This document shows, in pieces, positions 17,003-26,563 of a stretch of 64,000 nucleotides of DNA. The first letter of the stretch is position 1, and each line of letters begins with the position of its first letter. The notes under the pieces were generated by a model that saw nothing but the letters and a program-made list of their open reading frames with translations, had not been told where the DNA came from and made no database searches. The position numbers and the translations under genes are program-made. This stretch comes from a virus (lineage: Duplodnaviria > Caudoviricetes): the IMG/VR virus record IMGVR_UViG_3300034106_004043. One strand, given 5' to 3'.

Positions 17003-17848
17003 TTATTTAAGTAGGTTGTAATACTCGTTGAAGTGTTTTATTCTGTCAGTGAGCCCTATAACCCCGCCATTAACTCGTTTTGTAACTGCCGTGACAGTTG
17101 CAACATCAGAACCCTTATCACAGATTGACCAAAGTTTGTTTGAATCAAAGAAGAACGCCGCAGAGGCTAAAGGATATTTGGTAGCAACTAAATCAGGATT
17201 AGACACAGTATCTTCACCAATGAACTTAGCGAAGTTTGTATAGTTTTGTTTACCAGTCAACTGGATATATCCTCTTCCACGGAATTTAAAACCTTCACCT
17301 GTTGACTCATCACCATTACCCATTCTACTTCCATAAACACGTGAAGCAATCTTTTCAGGTTGACGAGCATATGACTCGTTTAAGTTACCAGGGAAATACT
17401 TACCAAAGATTTTCTTAAGTCCGTCAGCAGAATAGTTAAGGTTCTCAGAAACAGCTTTAAACCCACCTGACTCGTGTCCACACTGAGCCAAGAAATGAGC
17501 TAATCTTAATGGGTTAGTGATATTGAATTTTTTAGCAGTTTCAGGGATTTGAGCAATCACTGCGTCAGGAATATGTCCTTTTAGATTTTGTAATTTGAAC
17601 TCAGAACTTGTTGGAATAACAACATCTTCTTTAACCACTTGTGCTGGTTGAACAGGTTGAGTTGTCGCTCCGAACATTTTAGACCAAGTTCCTGGCCCAA
17701 CGATTCCGTCAGCGGTTATTCCGTTAGCCGCTTGCCATTCTTTAACTTTTTTCTCTGTGTTAGGACCGAATGAACCATCGGCAGTTAATCCTAATTTTGC
17801 TTGGAGTTGTTTAACGTCTTCTCCTTTAGACCCAACTTTTAGTAACAT
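17003..17848 (-). CDS. Endolysin: peptidoglycan-binding domain plus glycoside hydrolase family 19
   Basis: LKVGSKGEDVKQLQ...DGIVGPGTW; LAHFLAQCGHESGGF; FRGRGYIQLTGKQNY; TKRVNGG. Confidence 0.9.
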   Translation of the reverse strand: MLLKVGSKGEDVKQLQAKLGLTADGSFGPNTEKKVKEWQAANGITADGIVGPGTWSKMFGATTQPVQPAQVVKEDVVIPTSSEFKLQNLKGHIPDAVIAQIPETAKKFNITNPLRLAHFLAQCGHESGGFKAVSENLNYSADGLKKIFGKYFPGNLNESYARQPEKIASRVYGSRMGNGDESTGEGFKFRGRGYIQLTGKQNYTNFAKFIGEDTVSNPDLVATKYPLASAAFFFDSNKLWSICDKGSDVATVTAVTKRVNGGVIGLTDRIKHFNEYYNLLK

Positions 17849-17888
17849 AATTTATAATTTTATTATAAATATGTTTAAAGTCAGGAAA

Positions 17889-18074
17889 TTAAACGGTTAT
17901 AATCCAAGTCAAGAGTGAAGCAAATATAAAAAAGAATAAAACCCCAATCCACAGAACACCAGAATTAAAATTTTCTTTCTGTTTATTTTTGTGATAATAT
18001 TTTCTAACTTCTTCACCTAACTCGTAATTGTTTGGGTATTTGTTAACTAATTCTTTAATCTCTTTAGGTATCAT
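17889..18074 (-). CDS. Small membrane protein
   Basis: C-terminal hydrophobic helix. Confidence 0.6.
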   Translation of the reverse strand: MIPKEIKELVNKYPNNYELGEEVRKYYHKNKQKENFNSGVLWIGVLFFFIFASLLTWIITV

Positions 18075-18076
18075 GA

Positions 18077-18301
18077 TTACTTTTTTGTATAAATATAAAA
18101 GTGTTCACCAATATCTACAGTGTATCTTTCCATAAACTTACCCTGACAAGCTTCTTTAAGTTTTGGTGTTAAAGCAAAATGTTCATCTTCATCCAAAGTA
18201 GGTTGAAGTCTAATCTCATACTCCATCTTATATGGTAGTTCCTTTTGTGTTACCACCGCCCATGATGGTAATACCTCTTTAAGATTTTCTAATATTGTCA
18301 T
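18077..18301 (-). CDS. Hypothetical protein
   Basis: TATTTATA at 18316-18323. Confidence 0.65.
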   Translation of the reverse strand: MTILENLKEVLPSWAVVTQKELPYKMEYEIRLQPTLDEDEHFALTPKLKEACQGKFMERYTVDIGEHFYIYTKK

Positions 18302-18322
18302 AGTTTATAAGTATCTATAAAT

Positions 18323-19343
18323 AAAAAAACCCGTCAATTGACAGGTCAGATTAGAAAAGCCTGAGATTACAGCTTATGTTAAGAAACTTTTGAAGGATTA
18401 TTGTTTCCCTTCGTATCCACCACCTTTTGGGTAGTATTTCTTAGTGACGGTATTTTAGGTGTACCACTCCTTGAGGTTTGAATTACTCTATCAGTACTTA
18501 ACTCTTTCCGAGGTTGCCACCCCAGTTCGTCCTTGCGGGACTAAAGGTTTTTCTTAACAATACACATTGACTTGGGGTCTCTGTATGCAATGAACGGCTC
18601 ATTACTATGTAGTCACCTTTCACTCAAACCTGATGGACACTTTTCCTTTGTTATTTTGTAATAATTTTAGGGTTGTGTTGTAGATGTGTCAGAGTAGTGG
18701 TCCAACATAAGCTCTGTCTCCTTTTGAGCGACAGAATACTAAACTACTCCGTGAAGTGTCCCCACCTCCATATTTCAAGATTACTTCATAAAGAGACCTT
18801 GGTAGGTCTTCCTTAGGGATAGTAGCGACACCACTCGTTCTCCATCTTACCTTTCGGTTTTAAGTCCTCTATCATATTGGGACCCGCAATAGTGTAACTG
18901 GATGGTCACATTTCTTACAGAGTTCCTATGGGTTATTCTTATCGTTCTTCCGAACTCAACTTGAGAATCTACTTTCCCAAGTCACCCAACCATTTTCCCT
19001 ACGAAGTTATCCTCGGTACTTACGGTGTGGTGATATCCCACTTGTGTACTTGAGTTCAATTCCCCTTACGGGGTTTCAAACCGCAGTCTCCTCAACACAG
19101 GGGAGACCACTTTATCCTACTTTCGTAGTTTATTTAAGGACCATACACGGCCCATTATCGTTTATCAGTTACACTCAAGCTGCGGACTTTCTGCCATTTA
19201 CTCGGTGGATAATATCACCGACACTTTGTGTTTCCTGAACGGATAATCTTTTTGTTTCAAAGAACGCTTTTTCAAAAAGAGAAGAAGGAGGAATCTTTAC
19301 AACCTACCGAAGTAGGAATCTTTACAACCTCTTCATCTCAAAT
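18323..19343 (-). ncRNA. Large (~1 kb) structured non-coding RNA
   Basis: No credible ORF; GC-richer; minus-strand GAAA, GUAA and UUCG tetraloop hairpins; promoter upstream and terminator at 18323-18346. Confidence 0.75.
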
Positions 19344-19349
19344 CTTTTA

Positions 19350-19482
19350 CAAACTTACGACTTTTTTTTCTTTCTGTCAAGTAGTTTGTGAACTTTTTTT
19401 TTGATTTAACTACCGAGTATCTTTCATCCCCTATGAGTGTTAAATCTTTTACAAACTTACGGCGAATATTCCGTAGTGTCAA
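19350..19482 (-). promoter_or_regulatory. Tandem Bacteroidota-type promoters for the large ncRNA
   Basis: TTGAC...TAAGTTTG twice (-7 boxes at 19350-19357 and 19452-19459). Confidence 0.7.
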
Positions 19483-19500
19483 ATAAATATATCAAAAAAA

Positions 19501-19911
19501 TCAAAAGTTTAACACATCAGTTAAAACTTCCTTAATACCTGATGACATATTAAGTCCTTTAATTTCTTCTAAAGTCATATAAGCGCACTCTGTGTGTTCA
19601 AAACCATCCGCTGCTCCATCTAAATCCGGAATGATTTCAGTATCGGTTTTAAAAATAAAGACATGTAAAATTGTTTTTACCTGTCCTAACTTATTATAAC
19701 GATTAATTCTAGATAAAGGTTTAATGACACCATCAACACTAACACCCATCTCTTCATAGAACTCTCTATACGCAGCATCCTTTGGGTCTTCACCTTCTTC
19801 TATACCACCCATAGGTATTGCCCATTTTGATGGTTCATTAATTTCGACAGCTCTCTTACAAACTAAACATCTGTTATTTACTTTTACAATTATTCCTGCA
19901 CTTTGTTTCAT
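19501..19911 (-). CDS. NUDIX hydrolase
   Basis: GGIEEGEDPKDAAYREFYEEMG. Confidence 0.9.
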   Translation of the reverse strand: MKQSAGIIVKVNNRCLVCKRAVEINEPSKWAIPMGGIEEGEDPKDAAYREFYEEMGVSVDGVIKPLSRINRYNKLGQVKTILHVFIFKTDTEIIPDLDGAADGFEHTECAYMTLEEIKGLNMSSGIKEVLTDVLNF

Positions 19912-20326
19912 AATACTATTTATATATAACTATGTTTGTAATAATAAATAAAGAAATTTTTAAAGTCAAAGTTTGTAAAACCAAATCTGAAACTCAAAGA
20001 GGGATGATAGGTCGTGAATTTATCGGATTTGATGGTATGCTATTTTTAATGGGTAAAGGTGAACACAGTTTTTGGATGATGAACTGTATTATTCCTTTGG
20101 ATATTATCTTTATAGATGAAAACTATAAGATAACAAAAATACACCACAACTGTGAACCATGTGAAGATGAACTTTGTCAAAGTTACGAAGGTTCTGGAAC
20201 CTATGTTTTAGAAATAGAAGGTGGTCGTTGTCAAGATGAAAATATTGAAGAAGGTGATATCTGTAAGTTTTTAATTAAAGTTTAAACTTTCTTACTTTTA
20301 CAATTATTCCCGCACTTTGTTTCATA
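19878..20326. repeat. 35-bp direct repeat pair flanking the DUF192 gene
   Basis: 19878-19912 vs 20292-20326, one mismatch; duplicates the NUDIX start. Confidence 0.85.
19932..20285 (+). CDS. DUF192 family protein
   Basis: QRGM...GMLF...FWMMNCIIPLDIIFID...YVLEIEGG. Confidence 0.85.
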   Translation: MFVIINKEIFKVKVCKTKSETQRGMIGREFIGFDGMLFLMGKGEHSFWMMNCIIPLDIIFIDENYKITKIHHNCEPCEDELCQSYEGSGTYVLEIEGGRCQDENIEEGDICKFLIKV

Positions 20327-20361
20327 TATACTTATATTTATAAATAGGTGAAAACTAACTA

Positions 20362-20853
20362 ATGAAAAGACTTTCTCAAATTTCTATTTTAAAAAAATTG
20401 GTTCTTGAGTCGATTAACCAACCTGAAATTATTTTTGAGGGCGATTTGAGTGTAAGTCCAGGTTTAAGAATATGTCTTTACGATAAGGACAAAAATATGA
20501 TTGGTAGTACTAATGTACTTGACTATGATTCATCAATTGGGTTGGACCCTGATATTAATAGATTTAATAATAAAAAGACGGAATATTGTAGAGAGATGTG
20601 TGACGATAATTTTTTTAATGGTAAAAACTCCGTTTATTTACATAGTTTATTTGTGGATGAAAATCATAGAAACAGAGGATATGCCGACATTCTAAAAAAT
20701 GAATGTCATGAAATTGCCAAATCTAGGGGTTTTGATTACGCAACTTCAATAGTCAGTTTAAAAAATGAGGCATCACAAGAGTTAAACAAAAAACATGGGT
20801 ACAAAGTACACCAAACAAATGGGTTTAAGGATTTTTTCTATAAAAAATTGTGA
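20362..20853 (+). CDS. GNAT-family N-acetyltransferase
   Basis: LHSLFVDENHRNRGYA...NEASQELNKKHGY. Confidence 0.8.
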   Translation: MKRLSQISILKKLVLESINQPEIIFEGDLSVSPGLRICLYDKDKNMIGSTNVLDYDSSIGLDPDINRFNNKKTEYCREMCDDNFFNGKNSVYLHSLFVDENHRNRGYADILKNECHEIAKSRGFDYATSIVSLKNEASQELNKKHGYKVHQTNGFKDFFYKKL

Positions 20854-20858
20854 ATAAC

Positions 20859-22265
20859 TCAATTCTTTGAAGACTCAATTTTTTCTTGTAGGACACTAAC
20901 AAATCTATTCTGTAACATCTTTAAGAATTTAATATAAGGTGAATCTTCTTTTTCAGACTCATACTTGTACTTACCTTGTGGTGGTCTCTTACTTCTTCCA
21001 ATATAGTTTAATCCTGATATATTTGTAATACACTTGTGTCCACCTGAATTGGCTTGGATAACTTCCCATACAGGAACGGTAACACCATCTAAAACACTCC
21101 ATTCTTCTTCAGTCAGTTCAGTTGATTTCTTTTCCATCAAAGATTTAATATCCATAAGTGTTTTAACACCATCTTTCTCATCCAAGTATTTGTCTCCGTA
21201 TATTGCAGCAAAATCCTTAAAGGTAAATCCAACTGATTCTTCTTTCGCAGCAGTTTCAGAAACCCACTTGATTGTTGATAATGGGACTTGTTTTTCTTTT
21301 AATTGTGATTCCCAATGTCCCAATACTTCTTGAGCAATCTCTCCCAAGTTAACACCTTTAAGTTCTCTTTCTTTTTTAAAAGGGTTACATGATGCCTGTA
21401 ATAAACCAAGTGGCCAAGCAATAACAAGGAAGTCAGCATCAGGGTTGTTTCTAAATGGGGTATATCTATCATATGAACCAGGTCTCATCATACTTCCACC
21501 ACCATACTGAACGATGATATTATCTTTAACCTGAACATTCTTATGTCCTTTCATTGTCTGAACGTAATCTTCTTTGTTTTTCTCTAATGAAGATATATCA
21601 GCATATCTGTTTGTCTTCATTAATTCCTTAATCTTATTGAAGATTGAAAGAAGTGAAGGTTTACAATCTAATACTAATGTCTCTAAAAATCCTGGTTTAC
21701 TTTTGAAAGCCAACAATAATTTGTTGGTAACCAAACCTAATAACATTCTATTTTCTTTAGCACTCTTTTCTTTTGATGTACCATAAACATAATTCATCAC
21801 CATTTCAGGTGTAATGTTTTTGGAAGCGTAATCAGCACTATCAACCATAGATATTGTCGCAACATCTTCTGGTGTGAAAATTTCAGAAGCCGGGACAATC
21901 TGTGAAAGAGTTTCAACATTTGAACGAGCCCCTCTGAACTGAGTTGACTTAGTTTCGTCAGCTCCGGCTTGTCTGTCGTGGTGGTCGGTATGAACCACGA
22001 ACATTGGTTTTCCGTGAGCAAAGTCAACAAGAACTGGCATAATTTCACCTTCAGCATCCGCCTTCTTAACCGCAAATTCTTTATCTCCGTATTGGATTAC
22101 TTCAACATCAACAACTTTAATTCCATTGTCTTCCAAATACTTTTTCATTGCTAATGCAGTTGCAACACCATCTAAATCTTGGTGAAAGTATATCTTCGCT
22201 TTGCTGTATCTATTAGAAAGTTCTTTTATGTTTCTAATACCACCTTCAGAAATTATCTTTTTCAT
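20859..22265 (-). CDS. DHH-like phosphoesterase
   Basis: FHQDLDG, LVDFAH, HTDHH, SGGH. Confidence 0.7.
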   Translation of the reverse strand: MKKIISEGGIRNIKELSNRYSKAKIYFHQDLDGVATALAMKKYLEDNGIKVVDVEVIQYGDKEFAVKKADAEGEIMPVLVDFAHGKPMFVVHTDHHDRQAGADETKSTQFRGARSNVETLSQIVPASEIFTPEDVATISMVDSADYASKNITPEMVMNYVYGTSKEKSAKENRMLLGLVTNKLLLAFKSKPGFLETLVLDCKPSLLSIFNKIKELMKTNRYADISSLEKNKEDYVQTMKGHKNVQVKDNIIVQYGGGSMMRPGSYDRYTPFRNNPDADFLVIAWPLGLLQASCNPFKKERELKGVNLGEIAQEVLGHWESQLKEKQVPLSTIKWVSETAAKEESVGFTFKDFAAIYGDKYLDEKDGVKTLMDIKSLMEKKSTELTEEEWSVLDGVTVPVWEVIQANSGGHKCITNISGLNYIGRSKRPPQGKYKYESEKEDSPYIKFLKMLQNRFVSVLQEKIESSKN

Positions 22266-22339
22266 TAATAATAAATATTATAACAAAAAAAAAGTTCATC
22301 ATTACGATGAACCTTTTAAAGTAAAAAAGTAATATACCT

Positions 22340-22711
22340 CTATTTTAAAGTTAACAAGTATTTCAACTGGTTAATTTCCGCTAACATTTCGTCTCTAATG
22401 TTTAATAAATCTGAGTCCATCTTTGGGTCGTAGCTTTCAGACAATCCCACCAAGTATTCACATACTAAATTAATAAACTCAGTTAACTCAAGTTCTTCAA
22501 TATCTCTACCCGCTAATGTATAACCGCCTGTAAAACTAGGTCTTCCGTGTTTACCCATACAAACTTCAACAAACTTATCAATCAAATCATCAAGTGAATC
22601 ATAAATACGCCCATAAGCCTCATGTCTTGAGAATGATTTTGTTTGCCAGTGTAGTATTCTAAACTGAGTTTGTGTTTCTAGTAAAAATTTAACAACTTCC
22701 GAATTTTTCAT
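22340..22711 (-). CDS. Ferritin/Dps-like four-helix protein (DUF5856-like)
   Basis: LHWQTKSFSRHEAYG...DKFVE...LLNIRDEML...KYLLTL. Confidence 0.8.
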   Translation of the reverse strand: MKNSEVVKFLLETQTQFRILHWQTKSFSRHEAYGRIYDSLDDLIDKFVEVCMGKHGRPSFTGGYTLAGRDIEELELTEFINLVCEYLVGLSESYDPKMDSDLLNIRDEMLAEINQLKYLLTLK

Positions 22712-22756
22712 AATAACATTTAATTATAAATATACAAATAAATAAAAAAACGGAGT

Positions 22757-23614
22757 TTATTGGACTCCGTTTTCAAATTGTAACTTCTGTTGGTTCTTTT
22801 GGTCAACAAAACTTTGTATTCGTTGTTTAGCAATTTCACAATAGTTTTCACTCAATTCAATACCAACCCATCTTCTGTCATGAACAACTGCTGCCACACA
22901 ACTGGTTCCTGAACCATTGAAAGGGTCTAAAACAATATCATTTCTATATGATAATATCTTAATTGCCTTTTCGGGAATATCCATCGAGAACGTTGCCTTT
23001 GTTAATGAACGAGTGTCAGCAAAGTATTTCCATTGTCCAAACACCAATTCCATGAACTCTTTCTTATCTTGTTCAGAATAAGCAACTTTGTTCTTTCCCT
23101 CTTCAGTTAGATAAGGTTCACCTTTCCATTGTGGTTCACCTTTAATTTTCTTAATATGAACTTTCTTATAAGCAAGAATAACACACTCTTTTGGGTTATA
23201 AATGTAAGGTGCCGATGGACTCATCCAAGAACCCCAAGCAGTTGTCTTACTTCTATGTGGCGAGTCTTCTTCAAGGTCAACAATACCGTAGAACTTAAAC
23301 CCAACTTTTTTCATCACCTGATATATCTCAGAGGCAAAGAATACTCTACCACCACGAGCTTGTACATTTACCTCATATGGTATGTTAATAGCCATTCTTC
23401 CATCGTCTTTAAGTAAACGATAAGCCTCCGTTAACCATTTTTCAGACCAATCCCAATATTCATCCATAACAATCTCATCATTATGTGTGTCGTATTGGAT
23501 ACCCACATTATATGGTGGTGACGTTACAACTAAATCAACCCAACCTTCAGGCATCTCTTTCATTACATCAATGGTGTCACCATTGATTACCTTATTAATA
23601 TAATTCTCAATCAT
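22757..23614 (-). CDS. Site-specific DNA methyltransferase (N4/N6, beta class)
   Basis: TSPPY; VLDPFNGSGT; GIELSENY. Confidence 0.9.
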   Translation of the reverse strand: MIENYINKVINGDTIDVMKEMPEGWVDLVVTSPPYNVGIQYDTHNDEIVMDEYWDWSEKWLTEAYRLLKDDGRMAINIPYEVNVQARGGRVFFASEIYQVMKKVGFKFYGIVDLEEDSPHRSKTTAWGSWMSPSAPYIYNPKECVILAYKKVHIKKIKGEPQWKGEPYLTEEGKNKVAYSEQDKKEFMELVFGQWKYFADTRSLTKATFSMDIPEKAIKILSYRNDIVLDPFNGSGTSCVAAVVHDRRWVGIELSENYCEIAKQRIQSFVDQKNQQKLQFENGVQ

Positions 23615-23834
23615 TCTGTAATTTTTCTATCTTTTTTTCAATATACCATATAGCTTTCTTCAGGTCCTGAACCACATTGTCTTTCTTACCAGCACGTGAT
23701 AGGTATTTGACCGCATTACCCAAATAAAAATCTTTATCTAAACCCCAAGCATCAATGACTTTGATAGCTTCATATGGATTATCTTCACCACCATAGTGTG
23801 ATGGGTGATTAACCATTTCTTTTTGTTCTGACAT
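23607..23834 (-). CDS. DUF3310-like protein
   Basis: VNHPSHY...FYLGNAVKYLSRAGKK...DLKKAIWY. Confidence 0.85.
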   Translation of the reverse strand: MSEQKEMVNHPSHYGGEDNPYEAIKVIDAWGLDKDFYLGNAVKYLSRAGKKDNVVQDLKKAIWYIEKKIEKLQND

Positions 23835-24009
23835 AATATTCTTTTCCATATTTACTTTCTTCAAGTATACCCTCACTTACAAGTTTTTCAATTCGTTTTC
23901 TTGTTTCGTCGATTCCAACTCGTAGGATATAATCACAAATGTAATTGATATGAACTGGTTTTTCAAGTTTTCTTAACAGAACTTCATACGGGTCTATATT
24001 GTTTCTCAT
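23809..24009 (-). CDS. Small winged-helix-like protein
   Basis: IEKLVSEGILEES...YY; start trimmed to MRNNID. Confidence 0.55.
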   Translation of the reverse strand: MRNNIDPYEVLLRKLEKPVHINYICDYILRVGIDETRKRIEKLVSEGILEESKYGKEYYVRTKRNG

Positions 24010-24145
24010 ACTCTTTAAATTTTTTGGCAACGTCGTTATTTGTGAAAATGATTGAATCGGCTTTGAGATAATGATTAATAATAGTTAAATCTTTTTCTAA
24101 ACTTTTGATTTGTTCTTCTCCTATTATTTTTTTGTTGAATCCCAT
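23984..24145 (-). CDS. Small hypothetical protein (53 aa), missing from ORF track
   Basis: MGFNKKIIGEEQ...; TATATTTG at 24150-24157. Confidence 0.6.
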   Translation of the reverse strand: MGFNKKIIGEEQIKSLEKDLTIINHYLKADSIIFTNNDVAKKFKEYEKQYRPV

Positions 24146-24157
24146 ATAACAAATATA

Positions 24158-24919
24158 TTAATCTTTTTTTAGATTTACAATTGTTTTTTTCTGAACTATG
24201 TAACTTAATACCTTTCTTTTAAAGATTGGTAGGAGTGTATTTTCAAATGGTAGGTCGTTGGAAGACATTAATTCAAAGATGGGTAAACTTATATCTTGTG
24301 TTAATTCATTTAATATTGTTCTAATTACCTTTTTACTTTCCCCATCAAATATCAACTGAACCGCAAATTTACTGTCGTGTTTAACCGTATCAATACCACC
24401 AGTTGTATACTTCCAAATCCTTTTGTTGTTCCCGTTAAGTGTGAAGAAGTAACCTCTTTCTAAATCCTGTTTCTTATTTTCGTTGGTGTGTTTGATTGAA
24501 ACCGAGTCGTATGTTAATGTCCAAAGAGCTTTGATGACATTGAAATATTCAAAAAACTTTGGTCCGGCATATTTTAATACCTTATTTAATTCTTCCAACT
24601 CATCATCATTTAATTTTGGGATGGGTGTGAATTTAAGTTCATTGATTAGTATTTCATCATCAATAACTTCAAACTTCTTATTAACAACGATGTATTTGAA
24701 TTCCGAAGACATCACTTGTAGATTAGCCAAGTGTAATGACATTTCACTAAATAATGGATATAACTCAAACTTCTCAATCTTATCGTCACAGAACTTTAAA
24801 AAGTCCATCAACATATAATATTTGTGTTCGTAGTCAATTGGTTCTGTTAATAACCAGTCGGTTGTTAATCTGAAATGATTATTTTTTTTCGTTCTTCTTT
24901 TTCTTGATTTGGTTTCCAT
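24158..24919 (-). CDS. Hypothetical protein
   Basis: 253-aa ORF. Confidence 0.75.
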   Translation of the reverse strand: METKSRKRRTKKNNHFRLTTDWLLTEPIDYEHKYYMLMDFLKFCDDKIEKFELYPLFSEMSLHLANLQVMSSEFKYIVVNKKFEVIDDEILINELKFTPIPKLNDDELEELNKVLKYAGPKFFEYFNVIKALWTLTYDSVSIKHTNENKKQDLERGYFFTLNGNNKRIWKYTTGGIDTVKHDSKFAVQLIFDGESKKVIRTILNELTQDISLPIFELMSSNDLPFENTLLPIFKRKVLSYIVQKKTIVNLKKD

Positions 24920-24920
24920 T

Positions 24921-26219
24921 TTACCCTTCTATTTGTAAAATGTAATATGTTTCATCATTAAATTCAATAGTATCGTAATCACCATCGTAAGAGTTCAGTG
25001 TGTGACCAATACCGTCAGTTTGAATTAACCCTTCTTTAAATCCTTTTATATCTATAAAGTTTTCAATATTCAAACCATATTCTTCAATTACGTTCGCAGG
25101 GTCATCAACCAAATCATTAATTAAATCTTCAACCTTTTCCTCAATTAAATTTTCAGGGACAGTTTTATCACTATCTCTTAACTCATCAAGTTCTTCATTT
25201 AATTCATCTTTTTTTTCTTGGTCTATTTCAGAATCTTCTAAAAACAATTCAATTTCATCAATCCTTTCTTGAACTGCCGGGTCGGAATATTCAAAATCTT
25301 CCTCGTCAAAAAAGTCTTCAAGGTTTTCTCTAACATTATTTTCTTCATCGTCTCTAAAAGTTTCCTTAAGTTCTTCAATATCAATATAATCTTCAACAAA
25401 ACTAGAATTAAAACCTTTTATTCCGATATCATCAATCAATTCATCAATTCTTTCATATGCCGACATGTGGGTTCTATAATTATCACCAACCGCCCATCTT
25501 TCTTTTGATTCTTCTAATTCGTCAGTTAACAAATAAAAAGTTCTCATACTATAATATTTGTAATCATAAACCAAATTATATAAGTCAATTCTTTTTTCAA
25601 GTTCTTCAATTTCTTCTTCAACCGCTTCTAAATCCATCAGATTTTCATTATCTTCTGTTTCTTTCTCAATTTCCTCCATTCTTTCTTTTGCAGTATAAAG
25701 TTCCTGTAACCTTGCATCATGATTAGGTTCTTTAGCCTCATAAAGACCAAAAGATGAAGTCAGATACTCAAATAAAACATTTGCCAAAATCGCAATCTCA
25801 CTAGTCGCAGTTTCTAAATTCCATTCGTCCTCTTGTCGTAAATCGTTTTGTTTGGCTAATTCAATCTGTCTTTGTTTTTTGATTTGAATTTTTTCATACG
25901 GTGTTCCATATGTTGAAATATTATTGTATATAAGACCCTCAAGAGAGTTAATTTGAGTGTATGATAAATCTAAACCACCATTAACTGTGATATTTGTAAT
26001 GTTATTAGCATCCGTATTTCTCAAACTTAAGTCACCATCAATAACAATTCGTTTACCTCTGAATTGTTTCATATTTTGAACCAATTTACCGTTATAGTTA
26101 GTAAACTTTAATAAGTCAATATATTGCTCAGGTGTTATAACAACACTCTCTTGTCCTTCTTCCTCAACCAACATCTGAACAACCTTTTGTATTTGTGATA
26201 TATCTATATTAACTCTCAT
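24921..26219 (-). CDS. Acidic hypothetical protein with a short LRR-like segment
   Basis: IDGDLSLRNT...VNGGLDLSYTQINSLEG; Asp/Glu-rich C-terminal half. Confidence 0.7.
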   Translation of the reverse strand: MRVNIDISQIQKVVQMLVEEEGQESVVITPEQYIDLLKFTNYNGKLVQNMKQFRGKRIVIDGDLSLRNTDANNITNITVNGGLDLSYTQINSLEGLIYNNISTYGTPYEKIQIKKQRQIELAKQNDLRQEDEWNLETATSEIAILANVLFEYLTSSFGLYEAKEPNHDARLQELYTAKERMEEIEKETEDNENLMDLEAVEEEIEELEKRIDLYNLVYDYKYYSMRTFYLLTDELEESKERWAVGDNYRTHMSAYERIDELIDDIGIKGFNSSFVEDYIDIEELKETFRDDEENNVRENLEDFFDEEDFEYSDPAVQERIDEIELFLEDSEIDQEKKDELNEELDELRDSDKTVPENLIEEKVEDLINDLVDDPANVIEEYGLNIENFIDIKGFKEGLIQTDGIGHTLNSYDGDYDTIEFNDETYYILQIEG

Positions 26220-26309
26220 GATAAAAATTATATTAATAAATATTAAAATAACTATATTATTTACTATTAAATCACATGTGGTAAATATTTATAATAAAAT
26301 ACCAACAAT

Positions 26310-26435
26310 ATGGGATGTGGATGTAAAAAACAAAGTGCGTCACCTGAACAGGTGAAAAAGTTAAGAACTGAGAGTATCAGAACAGCAATTCAAAGTACTA
26401 TTGATAAGTACTACAACAAAAACAAGAAAAAGTAA
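26310..26435 (+). CDS. 41-aa MGCGCKK micropeptide
   Basis: Manual translation; TATTTATA at 26286-26293. Confidence 0.6.
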   Translation: MGCGCKKQSASPEQVKKLRTESIRTAIQSTIDKYYNKNKKK

Positions 26436-26459
26436 TAAACCTCTAATAAATTAAAAACA

Positions 26460-26501
26460 ATGAAGAACAACAACGGTGGTGGTTGCGGATGTGGAAAATA
26501 A
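26460..26501 (+). CDS. 13-aa micropeptide MKNNNGGGCGCGK
   Basis: Manual translation; repeats the GCGC motif; terminator follows. Confidence 0.4.
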   Translation: MKNNNGGGCGCGK

Positions 26502-26526
26502 TCTTTCCCGCAACATAAGAAAACTA

Positions 26527-26550
26527 AAAGGGGAATTTTTCCCCTTTTTT
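26527..26550 (+). terminator. Intrinsic terminator
   Basis: aaaagggga/tcccctttt stem plus T-tract. Confidence 0.7.
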
Positions 26551-26563
26551 TATATTTATCATT

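Noticed and set aside
19044-19238. 64-aa ORF inside the large non-coding region
   Set aside because: It is antisense to the tetraloop-bearing strand, with no recognisable motif or promoter.
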